NCBI GenBank assembly: GCA_050253415.1
Contig: JBFWJC010000005.1
Coordinates: forward strand, 64,001 to 128,000
DNA: 64,000 nt
Source: Pedobacter sp.
GTDB lineage: Bacteria; Desulfobacterota; Desulfuromonadia; Desulfuromonadales; Syntrophotaleaceae
Reading direction: 5' to 3'
The position numbers and the translations under genes were made by a program. Shown one piece after another: positions 40,199-51,235 of this stretch (positions within the stretch are counted from its first letter, which is position 1; every line of letters starts with the position of its first letter). The notes under the pieces are model-generated. The model made no database searches. It saw only the letters and a list, made by a program, of their open reading frames with translations, and had not been told where the DNA came from.

Positions 40199-41097
40199 TG
40201 ATCAAGCTGATTTCGGTTCTATGCCACCGTACCGAAATCAGCTTGACCTATTGTTAGCAGATGGAGGGTTAATAATTGGTTAAGGGGAAAATTGTGTACT
40301 GTGATTACTCTTCAGCGGAATGAGAACGTTTCTGAAAAATGATCGGGTGTCAGGATGACAAGAGTGTGGCCAAGGGCAGGTGGCAACAGTCCAATCAGTG
40401 GCGTAAAAGGACAGCGCCCCTGAAAAAGAAAACCATCGTGTCATTCTCCAAAGCTAAAACCGCCAAGCCTCGTGAAAGGAGAAGACGCAATGGTCGAATG
40501 CAGTGTAAAACTGCAGCACCATCTGGCTGGCCACAGTTGTATACTTGTCTTTGTATACTTGTCTAACAGGCGGTGTTCTGATGACAGTTTAAGTCAGGTT
40601 CGGCGCACTGGGCCGAAACATCCTTTCGCTAGATTCCAATATTTTCAGTTATCCAAATAGTTATCTCGTTTTTGCGTCTTGAACAAAAGAAGGTAAATAG
40701 CAGGGATATTGCAATTCCTCAATTCTAAGACACCAGCCGCCATCAAAAACGGCCCTCCAAGGAAGATACTGGTAGGGCCGTCTTTTTTTATGTCTCAGAA
40801 TGATTTTAGGCTGACTAAGGACTGCTTTTCTGTTTTTCTCAAAATCCCTGAGTAATAGGTACGGCCTGCCTGGTCTGCCAGGGGCCTTTGCATTTTAAAA
40901 TCTATCGTTGCTGTTAATTGACGCGCTTTGCCGATGAAGAAAGGTACTCACACGGGTAAAAGGTCGCTCCGGTCGAAGCCCTAACAAATTTCTTTTAAAA
41001 AGTCTTGCACGAAAGGCGCGACAGTAATATTACTAGCGTGAAAATTTTTCGGTGTCGATTTGCGTTTCCGTCAACCCCTACTTTCGAGATCCATAAA

Positions 41098-42774
41098 ATG
41101 ATTGAACCTTTTAAGATGGGCTACACCGTTCTGGGCGGACTCGGGATTTTTATCCTTGGAATGAAATTTCTGTCGGAAAGCCTGCAGATGCTTTCCGGAG
41201 GGCTGATCCGGAAGGCTATCTCTTCCGTCACCACCAATCGTATTCTGGCGGTGCTGGTCGGCCTGAGCGTCACCGCCTTCGTCCAATCTTCGTCCATTAC
41301 CACGGTTATGGTCGTCGGCCTGACCAACGCTGGCCTGATGCAGCTAAGTCAGGCGATCGGTGTCATCCTTGGTGCCAACATCGGAACCACCATTACGGGC
41401 TGGATTCTTGCCGTCAATATCGGCAAGTACGGCCTGCTGCTAGTCGGCATCGGTATCTTCCCGATGCTCTTCGTGAAAAATGAACGTATTTCGGGAATCG
41501 CCAAAGTTCTGGTTGCCCTGGGCATGATTTTTTTTGGTCTGGAGATCATGAGCGGGGCTTTCAAGCCGCTACGTGATGCCGAGGGCTTCAGGAACCTGAT
41601 GCTTATCCTCGATGCCCGATCGTTGCCGAGTCTTCTCGGCTGTGTCGCTATCGGCTGCCTGATGACCATGGTCATCCAGAGCAGTTCGGCGATGCTCGGC
41701 ATCACCATGGCCCTCGCTACGACCGGAGCCATACCTATGCAGACGGCCGTCGCCCTGGTACTGGGGGAGAATATCGGCACCACCATTACCGCCCAGCTCG
41801 CTGCCCTCGGCGGTACTTTTACTGCGCGGCGGGCCGCCATGGCCCACAGCATGTTCAATATTCTGGGGGTACTCGTTATTATCTCGTTCTTTTCTCCCTT
41901 TATGGGCATGGTCGAGACATTGGTCCCCGGCGCGGCCGATTACGTGAACAGTGCAGGGAGTCGGCCCTATATCGCTGCCCATATTGCCTTCGGTCACTCT
42001 TTTTTCAATATTGCGGCGACACTTATCATGCTGCCTTTTCTCCAATATCTGGAGAGGGTGGTTGTTAAAGTCGTGCCGGAGACCGGAAGGGCAGGAACGG
42101 GGCCATTCAAGTATATCGGTCCGCCCGGCAGCATGCCGGTGGCCATGGGAGTTTCGATGGTCCACGAGGAACTCAAACGGATGCAGGGAGATGTGCAAGA
42201 TGCCTTGCACCTTGTCGGTGACCTGTTGCAGCCGGACCTTAAGGGGCGGGATCGCTTTTACCAGAAGGTAAAAGCGATAGAAGAAGAGACCGATCTCATG
42301 CAGAAAGAAATCACTACCTTCACCGTCTCATTGATGCAAGCCGGCCAAGCTGGGCTGGACCAATCGGATCGGGCCTATGCGTACGTTCGCGCCGCAGACG
42401 AACTCGAATCGATTGCTGACTATGCGGTTTCGATCACCACCTATATGAAGCGGCTCGAAAAGAACGAACTCGATTTCAGCGAAGACGCCTGGCAAGACCT
42501 GAAAAACTTTCATGCCAAGGTTGTTGCTTTTTTCACTCTGGTAGAAAAGACCCTTCACAGCGAAACCAGCGACAGCATGATCGTCGTACGCGAGGAAGCT
42601 GGCCGACTCAACGAATTGGCCGACGAAATTCGCGACTCTCACCTTGGCCGAATGAAGGCCGGTTCTTGTGGGGCCTTGTCGGCTCTAATCTTTAGCGATA
42701 TGGCGATTGCCCTGCGCAGGATCAAGAACCATACCGTCAATCTCCACGAAGCGCTATCTTTGGAAGTCCAATGA
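41098..42774 (+). CDS. Na+/Pi cotransporter family protein (second paralog)
   Basis: QSSSITTV, GANIGTT, QSSSAM, GENIGTT, PhoU-like tail ELESIAD. Confidence 0.92.
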   Translation: MIEPFKMGYTVLGGLGIFILGMKFLSESLQMLSGGLIRKAISSVTTNRILAVLVGLSVTAFVQSSSITTVMVVGLTNAGLMQLSQAIGVILGANIGTTITGWILAVNIGKYGLLLVGIGIFPMLFVKNERISGIAKVLVALGMIFFGLEIMSGAFKPLRDAEGFRNLMLILDARSLPSLLGCVAIGCLMTMVIQSSSAMLGITMALATTGAIPMQTAVALVLGENIGTTITAQLAALGGTFTARRAAMAHSMFNILGVLVIISFFSPFMGMVETLVPGAADYVNSAGSRPYIAAHIAFGHSFFNIAATLIMLPFLQYLERVVVKVVPETGRAGTGPFKYIGPPGSMPVAMGVSMVHEELKRMQGDVQDALHLVGDLLQPDLKGRDRFYQKVKAIEEETDLMQKEITTFTVSLMQAGQAGLDQSDRAYAYVRAADELESIADYAVSITTYMKRLEKNELDFSEDAWQDLKNFHAKVVAFFTLVEKTLHSETSDSMIVVREEAGRLNELADEIRDSHLGRMKAGSCGALSALIFSDMAIALRRIKNHTVNLHEALSLEVQ

Positions 42775-42884
42775 CATTGAATTGGTGAAGAAGCGGTCCA
42801 GATGGGACCTTTCATGACTTTTCCACAATCCTTGCCAGATTGTTTGAGCGAGCCGCGGAAAGTCTTGTAATCCCTGCAATGCGA

Positions 42885-42918
42885 GAAAAGCCTGCCAAGT
42901 TTGCCTGGTGGGCTTTTT
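42885..42918 (+). terminator. Rho-independent terminator
   Basis: aaaagcctgcca...tggtgggcttttt. Confidence 0.6.
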
Positions 42919-43176
42919 GTGTCTGATGGGTAGTGAATGGTCTAATTCGTATTCGCATGGTAGTTCCTTACTTTCTTTCGAAAATGAAAACGACATTCAA
43001 TTTCCTGTTGACCCATTCCTCAGCTTCTCCTAAAATGATCACGGTTTTCAATAAGGCGCAAGAACCGCCTGCGTGGTGGAATGGTCTACCACGGCACATA
43101 TTGGCGGATCAACGCTGCCAAAGACTTCGCGTAAGGAACCATTGGTGCCAGCTACGCTTAAAAAAGGAGGGTTAGC

Positions 43177-43488
43177 ATGTTCAAAAAGATGGTTTTGACA
43201 TTAACGATGGCGGGCATAATAGGCGCTGGAGGGCTTTTGGCATCCGACACTTGGGCTGCGATGAACCATCAGGACCTCGACCACGAAGCGCATGGCCAGC
43301 ACGCAACTCAAACGGTTGTAGCGGGGAAGCAAATGGAGTCTGCCGGCAACATCATTTGCCCGGTAACCGGGGAAAAGATCGATGAAAAAGGAAAACTTAC
43401 CATCATGCATGACGGTGAAGTCGTCAATCTTTGTTGCCAATATTGTGTCGGAGAATTCAAAAAGAACCCGGAGAAATACTACAAGTAA
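43177..43488 (+). CDS. Exported YHS/TRASH-like metal-binding small protein
   Basis: Strong RBS aaggaggg, signal peptide, His-rich linker, CPVTG...LCC..C...F...PEKY. Confidence 0.8.
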   Translation: MFKKMVLTLTMAGIIGAGGLLASDTWAAMNHQDLDHEAHGQHATQTVVAGKQMESAGNIICPVTGEKIDEKGKLTIMHDGEVVNLCCQYCVGEFKKNPEKYYK

Positions 43489-43669
43489 AAAAGATTTGGC
43501 ATTGACGGCAAGAACCGGATGCCCGATCAGGTAAAAATAGGGTCGCAACGCATTTTCATGAATGGTTGCGGCCTTTTTTCACAGAAAATCCGTAGCTTGT
43601 TATTATGGCACGGGTTATTAAGCGGCATGGGGCAGGAGTCATTCAAAATCAATATCAAACAATAACCAC

Positions 43670-43987
43670 GCTGATACCGTTGTCACTCTCGACCTGGTTA
43701 TGGCGGTTGAATCGATCGGCCGTTTTTTCGCCAGTTGAGATCCATTGCACGATAAGATACGAGCTACTATTGAAGCTGAGGATGACAATCGAATCGCAGA
43801 TTTGCATATCTGGAAAATCGGTCCGCACCATCTAGCATCCATCATTACCCTGGTAACCCACTATCCCAAGCCCACGGAAAGCTATTGGAGGCTATTGGCC
43901 AAGTTTGACCAGCTCAATCATATTACCATTGAGGTTGTAAAATGCGAAGATTACCCCTGTTTTATACTAGATACCCTAGCGGTATAG
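43670..43987 (+). pseudogene. Internally deleted CDF (DmeF-like) metal efflux transporter remnant
   Basis: LVMAVESIGRF segment joined directly to the C-terminal domain IADLHIWKIGPHH...HITIEV; no proper start. Confidence 0.6.
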
Positions 43988-44286
43988 GCCTGTCCCTTCG
44001 CGTTACCGAAGGCGGCTTCCAATAAGACCTCTTTGCCCTTCCGCAATGGGTAATTCTTTTTGTTCCGGTTTTTCCGGAAACAATAGCTATGCAAGGAAGA
44101 CAATTGTTTATTTAACCATAAGGAAAACGGCCGTAAACCATATAGTTGAAAGTTCTTAGTTGATATTCGACTAGAAGTCTGTGGGGCCATTACTCAATTG
44201 AATTAGTGGCTAGCTAAATGATGGAAAACCTTTAAAATTTGAAGAAAGGATGACTTATTCAGTAAAATTTCCTGTATGGAGAGGGC

Positions 44287-46194
44287 ATGATGAAAGAATC
44301 TTATCTGGATATCGTTTCTCCGTTGATGAATAAAGGAAGCCTGGACAAGTTGCAGGCTCTGGAAAATCCCGTTTTGCACGCTTTCGTTGCCAAAGCTGCG
44401 GGTCTTTGCCGTCCGGATCATATTCTTGTATGCAATGACAGTGTCGAGGACAGGGAAACGATCCGCCAGCTCGCTTTGCAGCAGGGTGAAGAGATCGCTC
44501 TTGCGCGCCCCGGTCACACTGTTCATTTCGATGCCTTTAAAGACTGTCGTTTGCATGATCAATCCCGGGATAAGGCACATACACGCTACCTCATGGCTTC
44601 GGGACAAAACCTCGGTCCCGGCATAGCAACCCTGGACAGGGAAGAGGGGCTGACCGAAATGAGCGGTCTGCTTGATGGGATTATGGCAGGTAAAACCATG
44701 TTGGTCAGGTTTTTCTGTCTGGGTCCTACACAATCCGTTTTCAGCATCCCCTGCGTCCAAATCACCGATTCGGCCTATGTGGCGCATAGTGAAGATTTGT
44801 TGTTCAGGCCGGGTTATGAAGAATTTAAGCAGTTGGGTACTTCGGACAGGTTTTTTCGCATGTTACATGCCGCCGGGCGGTTGGAACATCATGTCTGTGC
44901 CGACCTGGTGCGCCGGCGTATTTATATCGACCTCGAAGAAGACCTGGTTTACAGCGTCAATACGCAGTACGCGGGCAACAGCGTCGGACTTAAAAAGCTT
45001 GCGTTGCGTCTGGCTATCCGCAAGGCTGACCAGGAAGGGTGGCTGGCTGAGCATATGTTCGTAATGGGGGTTCATGGTCCGCATGGACGAAAAGCCTGGT
45101 TTACCGGCGCTTACCCGAGTGCATGTGGCAAGACCTCAACGTCCATGTTGCCCGGCGAAAGCGTTGTGGGGGATGACCTTGCCTATTTGCGTGTGTGCGA
45201 AAACGATGTTCGGGCTGTCAATGTCGAGCATGGCATCTTCGGCATTATTGAAAACGTCAATCCCATAGACGATCCGGAACTGTTTCGCGTCTTGTATGAA
45301 GCTAAAGAAGCGATTTTCTCTAACGTGCTTGTTCATGATAATCAACCATACTGGCTGGGAATGGGGCAAGATTTGCCGAAAACCGGGGTGAATTATGCCG
45401 GTAACTGGTGCGAGGGTAAGGCCGACAGTTGTGGGCAGATTATTGCGCCATCCTATCGTGGTAACGCTCGTTTTGCCGTGCGACTTGACGAGTTGAGAAA
45501 TCTTGATCCCAGGGCGGACGATCCAGAAGGGGTGCCGGTTTCGGGTATTATCTATGGAGGGCGTGACAGCCAGACGTCGGTTCCGGTGCTGGAAAGTTTC
45601 GATTGGACCCATGGAGTAGTCACCATGGGTGCATCCCTGGAGAGCGAAACCACGGCCGCCGCCATGGGTGCCGAGGGCGTGCGTGCTTTTAATCCCATGG
45701 CTAATCTTGATTTTTTATCCATTCCTCTCGAGCGTTACGTAAGCAATCATCTGGCTTTTGGCGGCAAAGTGGCCCGCCCGCCACGTATTTTCTCGACCAA
45801 CTACTGGCTGCGAGATGCTCATGGCGTTTTTCTCAATGCCAAGCATGATAAGGCCGTATGGATTAAATGGATGGAGCGTCGCATTCATGGCGATGTCGGG
45901 GTGGTAGCCGGTCCCACGGGTTTTATGCCCCGGTATGACGATTTGCGGGAATTGTTCAGGGAGGTTTTAGGCAGTTCTTATATTGTTGAGGATTATCAGC
46001 AGCAGTTCTGCATGAAAATACCCCTGGAACTGGCGCGTATCGAGCGTGTCAAAGGATATCTGAGCCAGGCACCAGATATGCCCGCGGTAGTATTTTATAT
46101 GCTTGAGGGGCAAAGAAGGCGTTTGGTACGGTGGCAACATCAGGTTGGGGATCTTGTAACGCCTATCGACCTGGAACAAGCAACCACCGTTTGA
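44287..46194 (+). CDS. pckG: Phosphoenolpyruvate carboxykinase (GTP)
   Basis: YAGNSVGLKK, WLAEHM, GAYPSACGKT, VGDDLAY, IIYGGR. Confidence 0.92.
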   Translation: MMKESYLDIVSPLMNKGSLDKLQALENPVLHAFVAKAAGLCRPDHILVCNDSVEDRETIRQLALQQGEEIALARPGHTVHFDAFKDCRLHDQSRDKAHTRYLMASGQNLGPGIATLDREEGLTEMSGLLDGIMAGKTMLVRFFCLGPTQSVFSIPCVQITDSAYVAHSEDLLFRPGYEEFKQLGTSDRFFRMLHAAGRLEHHVCADLVRRRIYIDLEEDLVYSVNTQYAGNSVGLKKLALRLAIRKADQEGWLAEHMFVMGVHGPHGRKAWFTGAYPSACGKTSTSMLPGESVVGDDLAYLRVCENDVRAVNVEHGIFGIIENVNPIDDPELFRVLYEAKEAIFSNVLVHDNQPYWLGMGQDLPKTGVNYAGNWCEGKADSCGQIIAPSYRGNARFAVRLDELRNLDPRADDPEGVPVSGIIYGGRDSQTSVPVLESFDWTHGVVTMGASLESETTAAAMGAEGVRAFNPMANLDFLSIPLERYVSNHLAFGGKVARPPRIFSTNYWLRDAHGVFLNAKHDKAVWIKWMERRIHGDVGVVAGPTGFMPRYDDLRELFREVLGSSYIVEDYQQQFCMKIPLELARIERVKGYLSQAPDMPAVVFYMLEGQRRRLVRWQHQVGDLVTPIDLEQATTV

Positions 46195-46214
46195 GGTTTT
46201 AAGACATCGATTCG

Positions 46215-46248
46215 AAAGCCGGGCTGGAATACCAGCCCGGCTTTTTTT
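46215..46248. terminator. Terminator between convergent pckG and YyaL-like genes
   Basis: aaagccgggctgg-aata-ccagcccggcttttttt. Confidence 0.85.
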
Positions 46249-48383
46249 TAACTGTTCAGTTGCTGTACCAGTTGGTCTATGGTTGTGACGGGTGCCAGGC
46301 AGGTCCGCCCCCGGCACAGGTAGGCTGTGGTCTTGCCATTCTGCATAATCTTGTCAGCTACCAGTGGGGACAGTTCAGCGAGTGTCGTATCGTTCGGCGT
46401 TTGCCACAGAATCATGAGGTTGGGTCGAAACGCGTCACGGGCTGCTGTGATCATGCATAAGGCGTCGGGATCGTCTTCTGGTGCTGCGATGACCAGAATT
46501 TCCTGATCGGAAAGGGCCATGTTCAGCGCCATGAGTAACTGGCTACTGCCGGTTGGCATCTTTGTCCACTGGGTGGAAGATGCCAGTAAAATTTTCTCGA
46601 CGTGGTCTTCGAGCTCCATGTTGCCGGTTAATCTGGCCAGACGCAACAGTGCCATGGCTGCCATGGCATTCCCTGAAACCATGGCACCGTCATGCAGAGT
46701 CCGTTTGCGTACCAGAACCTCTTCGGCATCGGTTCCGGTATCGTAATAGGTGCCATCAGGGCTGCCGAAAAGCTCTTGCATATCTTTTCCCAGCTGCAGA
46801 GCTTCTGCCAAATAGCGACTATCGAAGCTGGCCTGATAGAGTTCGATAAGGCCCAGAATCAGGGCGGCATAGTCTTCCAGAAAGGCCAAAATGCCGGCCT
46901 GGCCTCTGCGCCAGCGCCGCAGCAAGCGTCCCTTGTCGTCACGCATGGCAGTGAGAATGAAATCCGCTGCCCGTAGGGCGGCCGTCAAATATTCGGTATG
47001 TCCCAGCAAGCTGAATGTACGCGCCATGGCGGCGATGGTCAGGCCGTTCCAGGCCACCAGTACTTTGTCGTCCCTGTGGGGGCGGATGCGCGATTTGCGA
47101 GCCTCAAACAACTTGCGCCGGCCGTCTTCCAGTACGGGGCCCAATTCTTCCGTTGTCGTGCTGAACCATTGGGCCCACTCTTTCAGGTCCATTTCAAGCC
47201 TGGGGATATTGCTCCCTTCAAAATTGCCTTCTTCAGAGATCTCGTAGCAATTACAGAAGATGGTCGCGTGCTGGTGGCCAAGGACGTCTTCTACTTGTTG
47301 CGGTGTCCAAAGGTAGTAAAGCCCTTCGATACCTTCCGTATCTGCATCCTCACCTGAGCAAAATCCCCCAGCAGGCAGGGTCAGATCACGCAACACGTAG
47401 TTCAGGGTCTGGTCGGCAAGCTCGGCGAAAAATATGTCCTTGGTTGACTGGTAAGCATCGAGGGCCGCCAGGGCCACCAAGGCTTGGTCATAGAGCATCT
47501 TTTCAAAATGAGGTACCCGCCAGAAGGCATCGACCGAATAGCGGTGAATACCGAAACCGATATGGTCATACATGCCGCCGAGTCGAATATGCTGAAGGGT
47601 TTTGATGGCCATGGCGCTGGCGTTTTCCAGATTGAAACGGTGGGCGATATGGAAAAGCAGTGATAAATTGTGAGGCATAGGAAACTTCGGTGCGCTGCCG
47701 AACCCTCCGCGCTTAGGATCAAAGGTTTCCATGAACCGCACATAGGCCTCTTTGAGCGGTTCTTCTGAGAGAGATTCAGAGGCAGTGGACGGGCTGCTTT
47801 CGAAGCGTATCAGTGCGTCGCTCAGTTCCTTGCCGGTGGCAAGCAACTTATCGCGATCGGATTGCCACATGGCACCAATTTTTGACAGGGTGGTGATGAT
47901 GCCGGGGCTTTCTCCACGTGCCTGGCGGGGCATGTATGTGGCGGCGTAAAAGGGCGCCTTGTCCGGGGTTAAAAAGATGTTTAGCGGCCATCCTCCGCCA
48001 CCTGTGATCATTTGGCAGGCCATCATGTAAAGGTTGTCGATGTCGGGGCGTTCCTCTCTATCGACTTTGATGGGAATGAAAAGTTTGTTGAGTACCTGCG
48101 CGACCTCAGGATCCTCGAATGATTCGTGTTCCATGACATGGCACCAGTGACAGGTCGAGTAGCCGATGGAAACCAGTACCGGCTTATTCTGCTGCCGGGC
48201 TTTATCAAAGGCTTCCTGTCCCCAGGGATGCCAGTTGACAGGGTTGGTGGCGTGTTGCAGAAGGTAAGGGCTGCTTTCAAATATAAGTCGGTTGTATTGA
48301 TCCCCTCCGTCCGGAGGCAACAGGCTTGTATCGATCTCAGACAGGCGACTTACAACAGTTTCTCTATCCTGCGAATTCGTCAT
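46248..48383 (-). CDS. Thioredoxin-domain YyaL/SSP411-family protein
   Basis: [62 protein letters not shown] aaggag before ATG 48383. Confidence 0.92.
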   Translation of the reverse strand: MTNSQDRETVVSRLSEIDTSLLPPDGGDQYNRLIFESSPYLLQHATNPVNWHPWGQEAFDKARQQNKPVLVSIGYSTCHWCHVMEHESFEDPEVAQVLNKLFIPIKVDREERPDIDNLYMMACQMITGGGGWPLNIFLTPDKAPFYAATYMPRQARGESPGIITTLSKIGAMWQSDRDKLLATGKELSDALIRFESSPSTASESLSEEPLKEAYVRFMETFDPKRGGFGSAPKFPMPHNLSLLFHIAHRFNLENASAMAIKTLQHIRLGGMYDHIGFGIHRYSVDAFWRVPHFEKMLYDQALVALAALDAYQSTKDIFFAELADQTLNYVLRDLTLPAGGFCSGEDADTEGIEGLYYLWTPQQVEDVLGHQHATIFCNCYEISEEGNFEGSNIPRLEMDLKEWAQWFSTTTEELGPVLEDGRRKLFEARKSRIRPHRDDKVLVAWNGLTIAAMARTFSLLGHTEYLTAALRAADFILTAMRDDKGRLLRRWRRGQAGILAFLEDYAALILGLIELYQASFDSRYLAEALQLGKDMQELFGSPDGTYYDTGTDAEEVLVRKRTLHDGAMVSGNAMAAMALLRLARLTGNMELEDHVEKILLASSTQWTKMPTGSSQLLMALNMALSDQEILVIAAPEDDPDALCMITAARDAFRPNLMILWQTPNDTTLAELSPLVADKIMQNGKTTAYLCRGRTCLAPVTTIDQLVQQLNS

Positions 48384-48526
48384 GAAGACTCCTTGTATGA
48401 ATAAAGAGAAAACAATTTTATTCAGCTTATCAGTAATGAAATGAATACGCAAATAGTCAGGATTTCGATTGTTTCGAATATATCGGGTTTTATCGCCTCA
48501 GGTAGTCCGTAAGAGGCGAAAAAGGA

Positions 48527-48560
48527 AAAAATACCCCGTGGAAGAGGGACTCCACGGGGC
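48527..48560 (-). terminator. Terminator after kamA
   Basis: Minus strand ccccgtggag...ttccacggggtatttttt. Confidence 0.75.
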
Positions 48561-48600
48561 CAGGAAAAATCATTCGTTGAATTTGTAAAGGCAGAAGTGG

Positions 48601-49695
48601 TTATCCGGCATGTGCAACCTGTGCATCGGGCTCTTCTACAGCGGGTAGGGCATTGCGATAGAAATAGCTGTCACCCTGATAATTTTTAAGGGCGACATTT
48701 TCACCCAGGGATTGCAGGTAGTTCGGGAGCAACGGGATCTTGCCACCACCACCGGGTGCGTCTATGACGTAAGCTGGGACCGCCATGCCGGAGGTGTGGC
48801 CGCGCAGGGCCCTTATGACTTCCAGACCTTCTTCGACTGTGGTACGGAAGTGTTCCGTTCCCTGCACAAGGTCGGCTTGATAAATGTAATAAGGACGCAC
48901 CCGTATGCTCAGCAGTTTCTGCATCAGACGTTTCATGACCTCGGGGTTGTCATTGATGCCACGCATCAAAACGGTCTGGTTGCCAAGAGGGATGCCTGCA
49001 TCGGCAAGGCGGGCGCAGGCCTTGGTCGAAGTTGGGGTGATCTCATCCGGATGATTGAAGTGGGTATTGATATACAGCGGGTGGAAACGCCGTAGCAAAC
49101 GTACAAGGTTACTGGTGATGCGTTGCGGCAACACCACGGGCACGCGTGATCCTATCCGGATGATTTCCAGGCTCGGTATGGTTCGTAGTTGCTGCAGGAT
49201 CCAACCGAGTTGCTCATCTGATAGCAACAACGGGTCACCGCCTGATAAAATGACGTCCCGGATTTCTGGATGCGCGCGGATATAGTCGATCCCCGCTTGT
49301 ATGGTGGAACGGTTTATGACCATGTTTTCGCCACCCACCTTGCGCTTGCGGGTACAGAAACGGCAGTACATGGCGCACTCGGAACATACCAGAAACAAGA
49401 CCCGATCCGGATAGCGATGCACAAGGTTGGGAACCGGACTCTGGAGTTCTTCGTCAAGCGGGTCGGGACAACACACGCTGTCTTCAATCTCTTCGATTGA
49501 CGGGATGGCCTGCCGCCAGATAGGATCGCCGGCAGAGCGGATCAAACCAAGATAGTACGGATTAACGCGCATAGGATAGCGCTCTACGACTTCATCGAGA
49601 GGTGCCGGATCGATACCGTAACGACGCAACAGGTCGCCGGGGAGTGTGGTGCTCGCCTGCAAAAGTTTTTGCCAGGTTTCCATGGGTAGCCTCAT
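48601..49695 (-). CDS. KamA-family radical SAM aminomutase (lysine 2,3-aminomutase-like)
   Basis: HRYPDR, CAMYCRFCTRKR, SGGDPLL, HFNHP.E, PLP-binding Lys in GGGGKIP. Confidence 0.92.
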   Translation of the reverse strand: MRLPMETWQKLLQASTTLPGDLLRRYGIDPAPLDEVVERYPMRVNPYYLGLIRSAGDPIWRQAIPSIEEIEDSVCCPDPLDEELQSPVPNLVHRYPDRVLFLVCSECAMYCRFCTRKRKVGGENMVINRSTIQAGIDYIRAHPEIRDVILSGGDPLLLSDEQLGWILQQLRTIPSLEIIRIGSRVPVVLPQRITSNLVRLLRRFHPLYINTHFNHPDEITPTSTKACARLADAGIPLGNQTVLMRGINDNPEVMKRLMQKLLSIRVRPYYIYQADLVQGTEHFRTTVEEGLEVIRALRGHTSGMAVPAYVIDAPGGGGKIPLLPNYLQSLGENVALKNYQGDSYFYRNALPAVEEPDAQVAHAG

Positions 49696-49740
49696 TGAGG
49701 GCAGAGTAGTGAGCTTATTGTTTCACTTTTAGAGTTCGAA

Positions 49741-50232
49741 TCATCGAACTGCCGTTTCGGTTTGGTTTTGTAGCCTTTTGATAAATGTGATGCGATCATC
49801 ACCGGGTCGATAGAAATCCTTGATGCACGATTCTTCCAGATATCCGGCTTTGCTATAAAAGGTCCGTGTTCGCTCGTAGCTTCCCTGGGAGGAAGTCTCC
49901 AGGCATATCAGGCGACCTTGCAGGCTTTGGCCATAACGTTCTACATGTTCCATGAGACGTTGACCGACCCCTTGCCCCTGAGACCGCGGAGATACGGCAA
50001 TCCAATAAAGGGTGACGTTGCCACTGGTCAGGGGGGTAGGGCCGTAAAGTACATATCCTGCGACGGCTCCGGCCACTTCCGCTACCGCCACCAGATAGTC
50101 ACGCTGAGAGGGATTATCCAGAACAATCTCGAGCAGTTCCATGGCGCAAGCGACTTCTTCTTCGGTAAAGGCGCCGGTGTCGCGTAAAATGCGCTCCAGG
50201 TCAGGCAGGTCCGAGAGTTTTAAATCACGCAT
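49741..50232 (-). CDS. GNAT-family N-acetyltransferase
   Basis: LYWIAVSPRSQGQGVG, ETSS...Y..TR.FY...GY, DFY..GDD. Confidence 0.88.
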   Translation of the reverse strand: MRDLKLSDLPDLERILRDTGAFTEEEVACAMELLEIVLDNPSQRDYLVAVAEVAGAVAGYVLYGPTPLTSGNVTLYWIAVSPRSQGQGVGQRLMEHVERYGQSLQGRLICLETSSQGSYERTRTFYSKAGYLEESCIKDFYRPGDDRITFIKRLQNQTETAVR

Positions 50233-51235
50233 GGGGCGTCTCCTTGCGTTGTTTCGCCATATCGAGAATGCGCTCGATAAGCGCCGGGTAGGTCAGTCCT
50301 CCGGCCCGTGCGGCCCGTGCCAGGCCGGCATCCTGTGAAATGTCGGGATTGGCGTTGACTTCCAGGATATAAGGGACTCCATCACGTAAGCGGATATCCA
50401 CCCTGGCGTAATCCCGGCATTCAAGGATCTTGCAGGCCCGTAAAGCAACGTCCCTGATCAACATGTCCTCCTTGCTCCGCAGGGAAGCGGGGCAAACAGG
50501 TCGGGTACGTTCAAACTCCTCTGACGTTTCCAGCCATTTACCGTCATAACTGACGATAGGGCGCACCAGGCCTTGCTCAAAAACGATTTCGGAGATCGGC
50601 AGAACTTCGAAACGTTTGTCACCTAATACGGAAACGTTAAGTTCGCGCCCCTCGATAAATTCTTCGACCAACGCTTCCTGCCGGTACATGTCATGGATGA
50701 AATGAACTCGTTCCCGAAGAGCCTTGTCCGAGGTGACGACACTGTCGGCGGTAATCCCGAGAGACGCATCTTCCGAGCGTGGTTTAACGATCAGGGGAAA
50801 CGCCATGTCATGTGTTCGCAACATGTGTTGCCCCGGTTTTGCCACGGTATATTTAGGCGTTGGAAGGTGATAGCGAACCAGCAGGTCTTTGGTTCGCGCC
50901 TTATCCTGGGTTAACCCCAGACACAAGGGCGTTGCCCCGGTATAAGGTATACGCATCAGTTCAAATAAAGAGGCGACGTTCATTTCCTGGCCGCTCTCGC
51001 CCCAGAACCCTTCGCACAGGTTAAACGCCACGGCAGGTGCGAGGTGTTGCATCTCGCTTATGAAGGTGGCCAGGTCCGGGCCGAGAGGTACCAGGCGCGC
51101 AGCATACCCACGCTTTTCAAGGGCCTGACGCACTTCTATGGCTTCTTTTTCGGCGCCCTGCTCGGAGATGAGGTCGGCTTGAGATCCCTTAACCGACTGC
51201 GACGGTGCGCGATTGAAACAAACAGCTACTTTCAT
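50225..51235 (-). CDS. D-Ala-D-Ala-ligase-like ATP-grasp enzyme (2)
   Basis: FNLCEG, PYTG, DKARTK, IVKP..EDASLGI, EEFIEGRE, YARVDIR, LEVNANP. Confidence 0.88.
   Translation of the reverse strand: MKVAVCFNRAPSQSVKGSQADLISEQGAEKEAIEVRQALEKRGYAARLVPLGPDLATFISEMQHLAPAVAFNLCEGFWGESGQEMNVASLFELMRIPYTGATPLCLGLTQDKARTKDLLVRYHLPTPKYTVAKPGQHMLRTHDMAFPLIVKPRSEDASLGITADSVVTSDKALRERVHFIHDMYRQEALVEEFIEGRELNVSVLGDKRFEVLPISEIVFEQGLVRPIVSYDGKWLETSEEFERTRPVCPASLRSKEDMLIRDVALRACKILECRDYARVDIRLRDGVPYILEVNANPDISQDAGLARAARAGGLTYPALIERILDMAKQRKETPHA

Noticed and set aside
39593..40201. 202-aa plus-strand ORF
   Set aside because: Antisense shadow of the TolC-like pseudogene; no recognisable protein features
40455..40540. 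c-di-GMP-I riboswitch-like words (gccaa...gaaa...gacgcaa)
   Set aside because: The stems do not pair convincingly and no gene follows closely; an Rfam scan would be needed
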